NCBI GenBank assembly: GCA_963705505.1
Contig: CAVPJU010000006.1
Span: 736,001 to 800,000 of the forward strand
Reading direction: 5' to 3'
Length of the DNA stretch: 64,000 nt
DNA from: an uncultured bacterium
Lineage (GTDB): Bacteria > Desulfobacterota_D > UBA1144 > Nemesobacterales > UBA2774
Positions 10,984 to 21,198 of this stretch are shown here, piece by piece. Within the stretch, counting starts at the first letter, position 1. Each line of letters opens with the position of its first letter. The notes beneath the pieces are model-generated. The model ran no database searches and was not told where the DNA came from. It saw only the letters and a program-made list of their open reading frames with translations. The position numbers were made by a program, and so were the translations under genes.

Positions 10984-11237
10984 TTTATCAAAACCGGGAC
11001 CGCGGAGGGATTCATGCGGGTAAGGATGTCGCCCCTTGCAGATGGGCACTTTTTGAGAGTTTATAATGGCGCTAATCTCCTTCATGCCTTTCATGTCTAT
11101 TCGGGAAATTATTTAAAATCAGCGGTATTTATGATTTTTCCTGATCTATAAACGTCCTGAATATTACCATAACATATTCAAAGTAAAAGCATTTATAAAT
11201 ACCGGAGACAGCGGCAATCGGGCGGCAAATTACACTT

Positions 11238-12002
11238 TCAGGGAGCGGCTACCGGCCCGGGCGCACGGTTTTTGGCCTTCCACAGAATTACAATCCCCGT
11301 TACGACCAGTACGACTGACATGATCTGGGCCTGTGATATGCCGGGGATGAAGCTCGGCGTGGTGTGGCGGAGGAACTCCACTAAGAATCTCTGGACGCCT
11401 AAAATAATGAATGTGACGGCCGTCATCCAGCCGGTGGGGAAGCTCTTCTTGCGTATGCTCCAGAGCACTGCGAATAGTATCACCATGCAGATCGTATCGT
11501 ATATCTGAGTGGGGTGTACGGCTTCGATAGTCGGCGGGGAGCCTTCCGGAAAGGACATCGCCCAGGGAAGGTCGGAAGGGATTCCGTAGTCGTCCCCGAC
11601 GAGCAGGCATCCTATTCTGCCAACTGCATATGCTATGACTATGAGCGGGCACATAGTGTCTGTGACGGTTAAAAAACTGATCCGTTTCATCTGAGTCGCA
11701 AGCCACACGAGTATTAATACCCCGAAAAAGCCCCCGAAGGAGGTGAAACCGGACGCGAGGTACCTGACGGGGTCGGCAATAAAGTTTGTTATGGGGACCT
11801 GCTGGTAGAGGAACAAAATTTTCGCGCCGCCTAGTCCGCCTACAACGCAGGCTATGAGCAGCAAATCCACGAGGTTGCCGTTTAAACCTTTCCTCTTGAA
11901 TTCGGATTCCCCCAATATGTATGCGACAAGAAAGGCGATGAGGACCATCACCGAGAAGGAAGAAACCGACACGTCGCCTATTCTGAAAAGAACGGGATAC
12001 AT
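11238..12002 (-). CDS. lgt: Prolipoprotein diacylglyceryl transferase
   Basis: MYPVLFRIG start, GRIGC, HPTQIY, RFLVEFLR, multiple TM helices. Confidence 0.92.
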   Translation of the reverse strand: MYPVLFRIGDVSVSSFSVMVLIAFLVAYILGESEFKRKGLNGNLVDLLLIACVVGGLGGAKILFLYQQVPITNFIADPVRYLASGFTSFGGFFGVLILVWLATQMKRISFLTVTDTMCPLIVIAYAVGRIGCLLVGDDYGIPSDLPWAMSFPEGSPPTIEAVHPTQIYDTICMVILFAVLWSIRKKSFPTGWMTAVTFIILGVQRFLVEFLRHTTPSFIPGISQAQIMSVVLVVTGIVILWKAKNRAPGPVAAP

Positions 12003-12202
12003 TATTCACTCCCATTTGCAATATTGGCAGATAAGTCTTACACGGTTTGGCCCCGTCTGCAAACGCCTTCTTGTCGAGTTAAGTGACTCGGGAAACGAGC
12101 GTATCGGGGTTTGAATGGTGTCGGGCATCCGATAATTGCGCCCTCCGGAAATAGTACTTATCCGAAGCCGGCGAGCGGAGACCTGTGGTAATTTATTAAG
12201 CC

Positions 12203-14005
12203 ATGCGTATGTATTCGCTGTCTTTGATTCTATCCCTTTTGATGCTCACGCCGTCTCTTGCGGATGAGGCTCATCCCGGCGACGTCGGGAAGGGCATAAA
12301 CTCTGAGGACATCATGACCCACGTGCGGTATCTCTCTTCGGACGAGCTCGAGGGGCGTATGACCGGCGAAAAGGGCTGCGTGATGGCGGCCGGCTATATC
12401 GCCGGTCATTTCCAGGAAGCAGGTCTCAAGCCCCTCGGGGACGGCGGGACATACTTTCAAAATTTTCCGCTGCCCGAAAGAGTAGTTCCGGGAAAGTTCA
12501 ATTCGCTCGCGGTAATTACGAAAGGTGTGAGGGAGAAGCTTGAAATGGGCCGGGATTTCTTTCCGCTCGATATTTCCGCTAACGGCTTTTCTTCGGGAGG
12601 ATTGGTATTCGTCGGATACGGGATCAGCGCCCCTGAGCTCGGCTACGATGATTATGAGGGGCTGGATGTCAGGGGCAAAATCGTGCTTGCGCTCAGGAGC
12701 GCTCCCCGGGATATGGATTACAGGAGCCATTTCTATGATTACGCCTCTCTCCGGTATAAGGCAACTAATGCAGGAGAAAAAGGGGCAAGCGGGATAATAT
12801 TGATAACCCCGGCTTCTCAGGATGAGGAGGGGGATATGGGAAGCGCAGCCTTTGAGCCCTCACCCGGGAATGCGGGTATAGAGGCGGTGATTATCAGAAG
12901 GGAAAAAGCGGAGGAAATCTTGCGCTCGTCGGGAAAACACCTCGATGATTTGGAGAGGCTCCTCTCCCAAAGGAAAAACGCCTCGTTCGCGATTCCGGAT
13001 TCGCGGGCGCAGATACGGACGGAGCTCGTAACGGTTGCAGGCGGGAGTGCAAACGTGCTGGGAATCCTGGAGGGAAGCGACCCCGTGCTTAAAAAAGAGG
13101 TGATAGTGATAGGCGCGCATTACGACCATCTGGGGAACGGGGAAACGTATGGCAGCTACGGGGAAGAAAAGGGCAAGATTTATAACGGGGCCGACGACAA
13201 CGCTTCGGGTGTGGCGGGCCTCCTGGAATTGAGCAGATATTTTGCCCACAACAGAGCCGCGATAAAGAGGAGTCTTCTTTTTATAGCGTTTTCGGGAGAG
13301 GAGATCGGCCTCCTCGGGTCCTCATATTATATCGAGCATCCGGAGATACCCTCCGGTAATACGATAGCGATGATAAATATGGATATGATAGGGCGTCTCA
13401 GCGGAAACAAGCTCATGGTCTTGGGCGTCGGATCGGGCGAAGGGTGGGAAAGCCTCATTAATAAAGCGAATTCGGGCATCGGCTTAAATATAAGCTTCAC
13501 GGAATCGGCGTTCGGACCGAGCGATCAGACTGCTTTTTATACTGACAATGTGCCTGCGATTCAGTTTTTTACCGGACTCCATGAGGACTATCACACGCCA
13601 AACGATGACTGGCAGAGGATAAACCCCGAGGGTGAGGATAGGGTCCTAGACCTCATTGCCAATCTCGTTACGGAGCTCGCCAATAACCGCGAGAAGATCG
13701 CGTTTTCGGGGGAGCGGAGAACGGATCAAGGGCCGCCCGGAATCAACGTCTATCTGGGTACGGTGCCCGATTACACGAGCCGTGAAAAAGGAGTCAGGCT
13801 CTCGGCTGTCAGGAAAGGGAGTCCGGCGGATAGAGCGGGGCTCGCGGCCGGTGACACGATTATGGAGTACGGCGGCAAGACAATTGAGAACGTTTATGAT
13901 TACCTCCATGCCATGGAGGTATCGGGACCCGGCGTCCCTGTCGACCTGGTCATAATCAGGAATGGGAGGCGAATGACAATTAGAGCCGTACCGGAGCACC
14001 GTTAA
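12203..14005 (+). CDS. Secreted M28 aminopeptidase with PA and PDZ domains
   Basis: Signal peptide, GAHYDH, GADDNASG, GEEIGLLGS, NMDMIGR, YHTPND, C-terminal PDZ (GSPADRAGL). Confidence 0.92.
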   Translation: MRMYSLSLILSLLMLTPSLADEAHPGDVGKGINSEDIMTHVRYLSSDELEGRMTGEKGCVMAAGYIAGHFQEAGLKPLGDGGTYFQNFPLPERVVPGKFNSLAVITKGVREKLEMGRDFFPLDISANGFSSGGLVFVGYGISAPELGYDDYEGLDVRGKIVLALRSAPRDMDYRSHFYDYASLRYKATNAGEKGASGIILITPASQDEEGDMGSAAFEPSPGNAGIEAVIIRREKAEEILRSSGKHLDDLERLLSQRKNASFAIPDSRAQIRTELVTVAGGSANVLGILEGSDPVLKKEVIVIGAHYDHLGNGETYGSYGEEKGKIYNGADDNASGVAGLLELSRYFAHNRAAIKRSLLFIAFSGEEIGLLGSSYYIEHPEIPSGNTIAMINMDMIGRLSGNKLMVLGVGSGEGWESLINKANSGIGLNISFTESAFGPSDQTAFYTDNVPAIQFFTGLHEDYHTPNDDWQRINPEGEDRVLDLIANLVTELANNREKIAFSGERRTDQGPPGINVYLGTVPDYTSREKGVRLSAVRKGSPADRAGLAAGDTIMEYGGKTIENVYDYLHAMEVSGPGVPVDLVIIRNGRRMTIRAVPEHR

Positions 14006-14105
14006 AGAAGGAGAGGGTTGGAGACGCCTCTTGTACTAAATCTTCGTTTGGGGGACCTGATAAGGGATACATTATTCCGGCTGTCCGACTAAGGCGAAAA
14101 TATTC

Positions 14106-14687
14106 TCAGGGCTTCCAGGGCGAATGATCTATGTCGTGGATGATATCGAGAGAATATGCCACAGAGCGTGAGAGCTTCTCCCCGTACTCTTCGATCCATT
14201 CGGGCGGTGCGTACGTGTAGAAGTGATTGAGGGTCATCCACTCGCCTCCGCTCATTATTCCGCCGTCCTCGACGCTCACGAGGAATGCAGTCATGTCCCC
14301 TCCGTCCATCGCGTTAATCACCCGGCACTCGGCGTAGGAGTGAGCTTCTGCGAGTACGGGGCTTCCCGTAACGCCCGTCCTGTACTCTACGTTCTCGAAC
14401 TTATTTCGCTCCCTTCCCGTATAGAATCCGAAATTTTTTACAAGGCTCACCTGGTCGGGTTTGAGGAGGTGGATCGTGAACGCCCTGCTGTTTATGATGA
14501 ATTGGTGTGTGTAGTTGCCCTTCCATATCCCGACGAGGAGCCTCGGAACGGAATGGACTATAGAGGACGTGACCGCCGTTACGGCCACCTGTCCGTTCGG
14601 TTTCCCCTCCCAGGAGCTCGTGATTACGACCACGGGCGAAAGCGACCAGAATGCTCCGGCCACAGCCGAACCCTCTTCTTTGCTCAT
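14106..14687 (-). CDS. Flavin reductase family protein
   Basis: PVVVITS...NGQ, GSPVL, ECRV...GDMT pattern of the flavin reductase-like split barrel. Confidence 0.85.
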   Translation of the reverse strand: MSKEEGSAVAGAFWSLSPVVVITSSWEGKPNGQVAVTAVTSSIVHSVPRLLVGIWKGNYTHQFIINSRAFTIHLLKPDQVSLVKNFGFYTGRERNKFENVEYRTGVTGSPVLAEAHSYAECRVINAMDGGDMTAFLVSVEDGGIMSGGEWMTLNHFYTYAPPEWIEEYGEKLSRSVAYSLDIIHDIDHSPWKP

Positions 14688-14763
14688 TGCCCTTTCCTTT
14701 CACTGATTCTTTATTTTGAAGGCCGGTTTTATCTTAATGAGGCGGATAAGCGTTCGCCCATAT

Positions 14764-15552
14764 TTACCATTGAAATCCGATGACGACCTGACCGCTTACG
14801 AGAGGGCCGATGTTTACCTTGTCCTGGTCGGGGATAATTATCCTCATCGGGTTTACAACGTAACCGAGAGCGTTCAGAAATCCGCTGTTTCTGGAGATGA
14901 GCCAGTTGGACGTTTCTTCGAGCACGATGCCCGCGGGAACGCCTATTCCTGGCGTGATCACCATGTCGTGTATTGAAGGGGACTGTATGACCCCCTCTAT
15001 CGTATATTCGAAAAGTGTGCTCAGGACGGCTGATCCGAAGGCGGATGTAAAACGGTCATAGCCCTTGGCGCGGTAGTAAAGATAAGTGTAAGCTCCGAAA
15101 GCGGGATGAGCCACCCAGTTTGTTTTGAACCTGTCACCGTCCTTCCACTCGAAATCGCCCCTTCTCCTTCCGTCATTCTGGAATCCGAAGAAGTTCTTCC
15201 ACCACCTTATGGGATTTATGATTATTTGCTCTTCCTTCATGCTGTTATCGAGCATGTTCACCTGTGCTATACGGATGAGCCAGAGAGTGAAATAGACGTT
15301 GCGTGTGTTTTGCAGAAAATCCCCGAAGTCTGCGAGCGACTTCCTTTCGGCTTCTTTCTCGAGGGTAATATCCGGTTTTTTGTATTCGTTTATGTCAATA
15401 AACACCGAATCGTTAACAGGGGTTAACGGCATCATCATATCTTCATTGTCTATTGTTCCCGAGCGTGCGGAATCGTTCTGCAGCATTATCAGGGACACCT
15501 GAATAATCAGAAATACTTTTATAAAAGCCGGAATTTTTACAGGACGGTTCAT
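14764..15552 (-). CDS. DUF3943-like exported / outer-membrane protein
   Basis: DGDRFKTNWVAHP, LFEYTIE, PSIHDMVITP; N-terminal signal-like segment; C-terminal aromatic residue. Confidence 0.7.
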   Translation of the reverse strand: MNRPVKIPAFIKVFLIIQVSLIMLQNDSARSGTIDNEDMMMPLTPVNDSVFIDINEYKKPDITLEKEAERKSLADFGDFLQNTRNVYFTLWLIRIAQVNMLDNSMKEEQIIINPIRWWKNFFGFQNDGRRRGDFEWKDGDRFKTNWVAHPAFGAYTYLYYRAKGYDRFTSAFGSAVLSTLFEYTIEGVIQSPSIHDMVITPGIGVPAGIVLEETSNWLISRNSGFLNALGYVVNPMRIIIPDQDKVNIGPLVSGQVVIGFQW

Positions 15553-15732
15553 TCATCCCTCGCGTTTTTAATAATAACATCCGGCGGCGCGTTTTGGTAG
15601 CGATTATTTGCTTTAAAAATTCTCCTTTTTTATTTGAGATTTAATGCATTTTTGATTAAAATCTCTTGACTTAACAACCAAAATAATGTAATTATCTCAG
15701 GTATAAGTTTCATTTCAATCAGGAGGAGCTTA

Positions 15733-16431
15733 ATGGAAAGGCTGTGGTTTACTGCTGTTAGCATTTGTTTTGTAATTACGTTAATGTTTGCGGTTAGTTG
15801 CGGATCGAATCTAGATAAAGAGATGGCTGATGCCGAAGCTGCCCTCCAGGCGGCAAAAGACGCAGGCGCAGAGGGGCTGCCCGAATATCAGGCTGCCGAA
15901 GATTTGATTGAAAAAGCAAAGGAAATGATGGCAGCGGGAAACAAAGACGCCGCCCGCCAGCTTTTGGAAGAAGCGAGGTTTAAGGCTATAGAGGCAGAGG
16001 GAAAAGCAAAAAATCAAGCTTATGCGCAGACGGCCAATGAAGAGAGTTTGCAAAATTTGAGCCCGGCAGGCTCGCAGTACGGTTTAGTAGATATATACTT
16101 TGACTATGACCAATCTTCTGTAAGAATTGATGCAAAACCCGTACTTGATCAAAATGCAAGTATAATTAAGAGCAGCGGGGATAAGTTTCAGGTTGTTGTG
16201 ATAGAAGGTTACTGTGACATACGAGGCACGGAGGAATATAACTTAGCACTAGGTCAGAGGAGAGCCGAATCCGCTGCGAACTATCTAGTCGGACTCGGGG
16301 TTTCGCCTTCTAAGGTTCAGGCTATTAGCAAAGGGGAAACCGAACAGTTCGCGGCAGGGACGACCGAATCCGATTATCAGCAGAACAGAAGGGCGCATTT
16401 CGTTCCGGCGGTTGCTTCTCCGAGTTTCTAG
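15733..16431 (+). CDS. pal: Pal/OmpA-family lipoprotein with N-terminal helical (DUF4398-like) domain
   Basis: Lipobox AVSC; YFDYD, EGYCDIRGTEEYNLALGQRRA, NRRA; directly upstream of cpoB. Confidence 0.85.
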   Translation: MERLWFTAVSICFVITLMFAVSCGSNLDKEMADAEAALQAAKDAGAEGLPEYQAAEDLIEKAKEMMAAGNKDAARQLLEEARFKAIEAEGKAKNQAYAQTANEESLQNLSPAGSQYGLVDIYFDYDQSSVRIDAKPVLDQNASIIKSSGDKFQVVVIEGYCDIRGTEEYNLALGQRRAESAANYLVGLGVSPSKVQAISKGETEQFAAGTTESDYQQNRRAHFVPAVASPSF

Positions 16432-16440
16432 GTATGATCT

Positions 16441-17175
16441 ATGACCGCTAAAGTTATAAATCTTATACTGGTGGTGATTTCTATTATGTCTCTAGGTTGT
16501 GTGGCTACTCAGGGCGATGTCAGCAGCGTTTACGCTCGTCAGACGAGGCTTGAAGCCAAAGTGGAGAGATTGTCTAATCAAGTGAATACGATGAGTCAGA
16601 AAGAGACGACGACCACCGGGACCGATGTCGAATTAAGAGAGAAGGTTTATCAGCTTGAAGCCCAGCTGGAACAGTTAAACCAGTCTTATTCGAAGCTGGA
16701 ATCGAAAGTCAGCCAGCTGAGCCTGGGCTCTCCGCCGCCTTCGTCTGAGGCAGGGCCCCAGATGTCCACGCCCTCCGAAACGGCTTCCGTCAATAGCGAA
16801 GAGGCTTTATTCAACGAAGGGTACACGGAGCTTAGTGAAGGGAATTACGACGGTTCAAGGACGAAGTTCAAGGAATTCTTGTCCAAATACCCCAAATCCC
16901 CGAAGTCCAATGACGCTACGTACTGGATTGCGGAATCTTATTACAGGGGAGGGGAATTCGAAGAATCGATTCTTGAATACCAGAAGTTTATAGATACTTA
17001 TCCCAAGGACGGAAGGGTACCTCTTGCATATTTGAAACAGGGCCTTTCTTTGGTTGAAATCGGCAAGCAGGAAGAGGCTAAATTGTTCTTCCAGACACTG
17101 ATAGATAAGTATCCGAATTCCGACGAAGCTAAAACAGCAAAAGAAAAAATTTCGGAACTTGCAGTTGAGCGTTAA
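16441..17175 (+). CDS. cpoB: Tol-Pal system protein CpoB/YbgF
   Basis: Lipobox LGC, coiled coil, TPR repeats (ATYWIAESYY, LIDKYP); follows pal. Confidence 0.88.
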   Translation: MTAKVINLILVVISIMSLGCVATQGDVSSVYARQTRLEAKVERLSNQVNTMSQKETTTTGTDVELREKVYQLEAQLEQLNQSYSKLESKVSQLSLGSPPPSSEAGPQMSTPSETASVNSEEALFNEGYTELSEGNYDGSRTKFKEFLSKYPKSPKSNDATYWIAESYYRGGEFEESILEYQKFIDTYPKDGRVPLAYLKQGLSLVEIGKQEEAKLFFQTLIDKYPNSDEAKTAKEKISELAVER

Positions 17176-17235
17176 ACTGTTTATTATTATGTACTCGTTA
17201 AGTACTCAAAAAACTCTTAAAGGAGGTGCAGTAGA

Positions 17236-18006
17236 ATGAAAAGGGATAAGCAAATTATGTTTTTGGGTCTTCCCTTATTAGTTGTTGCATTGCTCTATTT
17301 AGCTAGCTGCGCGACACCCCCGCCGACTAAAGAGCTTGCAGCTGCTGAATCGGCAACAGCTGAAGCGAAAGCTACTTGTGAGCAATGTAAGCAGAGAGTC
17401 TGCGGCGATGATCCTACAAGGGGCGATTATTGCGGAGCGCCTTGTGGTGAAGATGAGCTAGCAGCTGCTGAATCGGCATTGGCTAAGGGTAAAGCTCTGG
17501 CAACTGAATTCTGCAGTGAGCTCGAAGCTCGCAGAATGCTTATCGATGCCAAGGCAAAGGCTGATGAAGCGAAATTAAAATGTGCAGTACCACCACCCCC
17601 GCCGCCACCGCCACCGCCGCCACCCGCACCTGAACTCAAGGATATTTTCTTTGATTTCGATAAGTACAACATCAGGCCGGATGCTGCGTCGGTGCTAGAA
17701 GAAAATGCGGCTACCTTACAGGCGGACGCGAATCTGACTGTAATGATTGAAGGGTATGCGGATATCAGGGGTACACCTGCATACAACTTGAAGCTTGCTC
17801 AGAGAAGGGCCGACTCTACGAAGGCGTTTCTTGTCCAGCTGGGAATCGATCCTGCCAGGATAACAACAGCAAGCGGTGGTGAAACAACACAGTTCGGTGC
17901 GGGAACGACCGAAGAAGCCTATCAGCTTAACAGAAGGGCTCACTTCGTAGTAACATCGCCGACTGCAAAAGTAGGTGCAAGACTTATATTTCAGTACGCT
18001 AACTAA
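17236..18006 (+). CDS. Second Pal/OmpA-family lipoprotein with Cys-rich N-domain and 12-proline linker
   Basis: AAGGAGG RBS, lipobox LASC, IFFDFDK, EGYADIRG, NRRAHF. Confidence 0.88.
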   Translation: MKRDKQIMFLGLPLLVVALLYLASCATPPPTKELAAAESATAEAKATCEQCKQRVCGDDPTRGDYCGAPCGEDELAAAESALAKGKALATEFCSELEARRMLIDAKAKADEAKLKCAVPPPPPPPPPPPPAPELKDIFFDFDKYNIRPDAASVLEENAATLQADANLTVMIEGYADIRGTPAYNLKLAQRRADSTKAFLVQLGIDPARITTASGGETTQFGAGTTEEAYQLNRRAHFVVTSPTAKVGARLIFQYAN

Positions 18007-18086
18007 TATAAGTTTGCCCTGATTGCTTGAATATAAGAATTTCTCATCATTCTTGAAGCCTGAGAAAGATGAGGTTATAAATTACG

Positions 18087-18122
18087 GAGAGAAACCCCGA
18101 GAGGGGTTTCTCTCTTTTTTTT
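18087..18122 (+). terminator. Rho-independent terminator
   Basis: 12-bp stem GAGAGAAACCCC/GGGGTTTCTCTC, GAGA loop, then T8. Confidence 0.93.
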
Positions 18123-18224
18123 AAGCTTTTTCGATGGTTGTTAACTTCCGGAATTACTTGACACCTTGTTATAATCCATGTTTACTACTGGCTGTTTTAA
18201 TGATTTCCTCTCCTGATTGCGGAA

Positions 18225-19514
18225 ATGGAACTCCGATTCACTAAATCGAAAAGACTGTATAAAACTGCGGAACACCTTATGCCGGGCGGTGTCAACAGCC
18301 CCGTAAGATCGTTCAATGCCGTGTCCGGCACTCCTTTATTTATATCGAGGGCCAAGGGCCCTTATATTTATGATGAGGACGGAAATAAATTCATCGATTA
18401 TATGTCCTCATGGGGCCCGCTTATACTAGGCCATGCGGAGCCTGAGGTCGTTAAAGCTATAAAGAGCGCTGCCGAAAAGGGAACTAGCTACGGAGCGCCC
18501 TGTAAAAATGAAATAGAGCTGGCCAAGCTGATAGTCAAATCCTATCCCTCTGTAGATATGGTCAGAATGACTAGCTCCGGCACGGAAGCCACGATGAGCG
18601 GAGTCCGTCTTGCAAGGGCATATACAAAAAGAGATTATATCGTTAAGTTCGAGGGCTGTTATCACGGGCACGCGGATTATCTCCTCGTTCAGGCCGGTTC
18701 CGGGGCCACGACATTCGGAACGCCCAGCAGCCCCGGCGTTCCCAAAGCCTTTACGGAAAAGACCCTATTGGCTACATATAACGATCTGGATTCCGTAAAA
18801 AGACTGTTCAATAAATACGGAGATAAAATAGCGTGTGTGATCCTGGAGCCAGTTGCCGCCAATATGGGCGTCGTCCCGCCCGGGGAAGGCTTTCTCGAAG
18901 GACTCAGGCGGATTACACATGATTCGGGCTCGCTCCTTATCTTCGACGAGGTAATAACGGGGTTCAGGCTCAGTATGGGCGGAGCTCAGAGTAAATACGG
19001 TGTTACTCCCGATATTACCTGCCTCGGGAAAATAATAGGGGGAGGACTCCCTGTAGGGGCGTTCGGCGGAAAGAAGGCGGTAATGAGCATGGTAGCCCCC
19101 ATAGGTCCAATGTATCAGGCAGGGACCCTTTCGGGGAACCCGCTCGCAATGGCTGCGGGTCTCGCAACCCTCGGAAAGCTCAAGCAGAGGGGTAATTATA
19201 GGAGGCTCGGAGAGCTATCCCTTATGCTTGTCGAGGGCCTCAGGGATATGATAAAAAGGCTGGGAATAAAGGCGACTGTCAACTCCGTCGAATCCATGTT
19301 TACGCTCTTTTTTACGGAAACGGAGCCCGTGGATTACAGGACGGTGCTGAAAAGCGATACAAAAAAGTATTCTAAATTTTTTGAAAATTTGCTCAGGGCT
19401 GGTATTATGTTTCCGCCCTCTCAGTTTGAGGCTGTTTTTCTTTCTCTGGCCCATACGGAAAAGGACGTCGATCGTACGCTTCAAGTCGTGTATAAAGCTC
19501 TTAAAGCGGTCTGA
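18225..19514 (+). CDS. hemL: Glutamate-1-semialdehyde 2,1-aminomutase
   Basis: PGGVNSPVR, SGTEA, GCYHGH, FDEVITGFR, GKIIGGGLP, AGTLSGNP. Confidence 0.97.
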   Translation: MELRFTKSKRLYKTAEHLMPGGVNSPVRSFNAVSGTPLFISRAKGPYIYDEDGNKFIDYMSSWGPLILGHAEPEVVKAIKSAAEKGTSYGAPCKNEIELAKLIVKSYPSVDMVRMTSSGTEATMSGVRLARAYTKRDYIVKFEGCYHGHADYLLVQAGSGATTFGTPSSPGVPKAFTEKTLLATYNDLDSVKRLFNKYGDKIACVILEPVAANMGVVPPGEGFLEGLRRITHDSGSLLIFDEVITGFRLSMGGAQSKYGVTPDITCLGKIIGGGLPVGAFGGKKAVMSMVAPIGPMYQAGTLSGNPLAMAAGLATLGKLKQRGNYRRLGELSLMLVEGLRDMIKRLGIKATVNSVESMFTLFFTETEPVDYRTVLKSDTKKYSKFFENLLRAGIMFPPSQFEAVFLSLAHTEKDVDRTLQVVYKALKAV

Positions 19515-19765
19515 GAAAACAGGGGGAACGTACTGTTAAGAGTGACGGAAAATATAAATGGCTGCCGTTTATCGCCATCGGGTTCGAGCTCGGGTTTTCG
19601 GTGATCGCGGGAATATTGCTCGGGCATTACGTCGATAAATGGGTTGGAACCAAGACTCCCTGGTTCACTATAATAGGCTTATTGGCGGGAGGTTTTGCGG
19701 GATTCAGTCTTCTATTGAGGATGTTAAAAACGGTAAATGACGGAAAGGACAGCGAGTCTAATTAA
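19511..19765 (+). CDS. atpZ: AtpZ/AtpI-family (ATP synthase gene 1) small membrane protein, absent from the ORF track
   Basis: Manual translation ...KWLPFIAIGFELGFSVIAGILLGHYVDKWVGTKTPWFTIIGLLAGGFAGF... fits the G-x-x-hD-x(n)-PW pattern; start codon uncertain. Confidence 0.8.
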   Translation: MRKQGERTVKSDGKYKWLPFIAIGFELGFSVIAGILLGHYVDKWVGTKTPWFTIIGLLAGGFAGFSLLLRMLKTVNDGKDSESN

Positions 19766-20123
19766 TATACCGACCATAGGGCGAGTGGAAAGAAGCGGCT
19801 TGGCGGTAACTGCAATCTTAATGGTCGTGAACTATTTGGTGGGGTCAAAGGAGCTTGCGGTGGGGACGGCTGCCGGGGGGATTTTGTTTACCGCCAATTT
19901 CATGGCTATCAGATTCCTGGTGAACGCGCTTGTGTCGAATTCATATCCCAAGGGTTTCGGGATATTCGCATTTATAATCAAAATGGCTGTTTTTATAGCG
20001 ATAGTCGTGTGTTTATTCATTTTCGCGAAGGTGAATTTATACGGATTTTTTATCGGGGTTACCGGGGTTGTTATCGTGATCATCGGAGAAAGTTTAAGAG
20101 GGAGTAAAGATGGAACACTTTAG
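19737..20123 (+). CDS. atpI: ATP synthase subunit I
   Basis: 128-aa four-TM protein directly upstream of and overlapping atpB. Confidence 0.8.
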   Translation: MTERTASLINIPTIGRVERSGLAVTAILMVVNYLVGSKELAVGTAAGGILFTANFMAIRFLVNALVSNSYPKGFGIFAFIIKMAVFIAIVVCLFIFAKVNLYGFFIGVTGVVIVIIGESLRGSKDGTL

Positions 20124-20808
20124 CTGGTTTTCGCTGATGGGGCTCGGGAAATATGATTATATACTCGGCTCGATTCTGGTGCTGATTCTTCTTGCTCTGT
20201 CCGGGTTTGCAATCAAAAAAGCACTGTCGAAGGAAGATTCCGTTCTTCCCGATGAGAAGTTCTCCATCAGGAATATTTTCGAGATACTCACGATCGACTT
20301 CCTTTTTGATCTCTTTACGAATATGCTTGGCTCGAAAGAGCAGGCTAAAAAGTATTTCCCTCTCTTAGGCGCAGCTTTTTTCTTCATATTATTTGCGAAT
20401 TTTCTCGGTATCCTTCCGGGCTTCCTGCCTCCGACGGGGAACTTCAACGTCCCTGTCGCGTGCGCGCTCGTTATATTTGTCATGTATAACTTTTACGGAT
20501 TTAGAGAGAACGGGCTTGGTTATTTAAAGCATTTTGCCGGACCCGTGGTATTTTTGGCACCCCTGATGTTTATAATTGAGGTGATAAGTCATTTCGTACG
20601 CCCCGTATCGCTGTCTTTGAGGCTTTTCATGAACATTACGGGTGACCACCTGATACTGGGTGTTTTCACGAATCTGGTGCATTATATAATACCCGCTATA
20701 TTTATAGGGCTCGGCATATTTGTATCTTTTCTTCAGGCGTTTATATTTACGGTGCTCTCGGCGATATACATTTCGCTTGCTACAGCGCACGAAGCTGAAA
20801 TTGAATAA
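20110..20808 (+). CDS. atpB: F0F1 ATP synthase subunit a
   Basis: NFLGILPG, RPVSLSLRLFMN, LQAFIF. Confidence 0.96.
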   Translation: MEHFSWFSLMGLGKYDYILGSILVLILLALSGFAIKKALSKEDSVLPDEKFSIRNIFEILTIDFLFDLFTNMLGSKEQAKKYFPLLGAAFFFILFANFLGILPGFLPPTGNFNVPVACALVIFVMYNFYGFRENGLGYLKHFAGPVVFLAPLMFIIEVISHFVRPVSLSLRLFMNITGDHLILGVFTNLVHYIIPAIFIGLGIFVSFLQAFIFTVLSAIYISLATAHEAEIE

Positions 20809-20864
20809 AATTTGAACACAAAATTGAAAAATAAATGACCTACTATACAAAAGGAGGTAAAAAA

Positions 20865-21191
20865 ATGAAAACAGCACTTTCGATTCTCTCGATAATCGGA
20901 GTGGCTTTTCTTGCTGCTTTTATTCCGGATTCTGCATTCGCTCAGGAAGGAAGCGGCGGAGAGCTCACGAAGCTCGGACTTGCTCTCGGAGCGGGTTTGG
21001 GAATAGGGATCGCTGCCGGCGTGGCGGGTTTGGGCCAGGGGCGCGCAACCGCGGCTGCATTGAGCGGTATTGCGAGAAATCCGGGCGCAAGCTCGAAGAT
21101 CCTCACGCCGATGATTATCGGTCTTGCTCTCATCGAGTCTCTCGTTATTTATGCTCTTCTCATAGCATTTCTGCTGCAGGGAAAAATTTAA
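20865..21191 (+). CDS. atpE: F0F1 ATP synthase subunit c with N-terminal extension
   Basis: GGAGG RBS, GxGxG helix, ARNP loop, LIESLVIY. Confidence 0.96.
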   Translation: MKTALSILSIIGVAFLAAFIPDSAFAQEGSGGELTKLGLALGAGLGIGIAAGVAGLGQGRATAAALSGIARNPGASSKILTPMIIGLALIESLVIYALLIAFLLQGKI

Positions 21192-21198
21192 ACCGGGC

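Noticed and set aside
10984..11237. FMN riboswitch or real N-terminal extension of ribF
   Set aside because: No RFN consensus; the extra 37 codons look like incidental open frame.
17590..17625. CCN repeat as a contingency locus
   Set aside because: Mixed proline codons indicate selection at the protein level, not a slippage tract.
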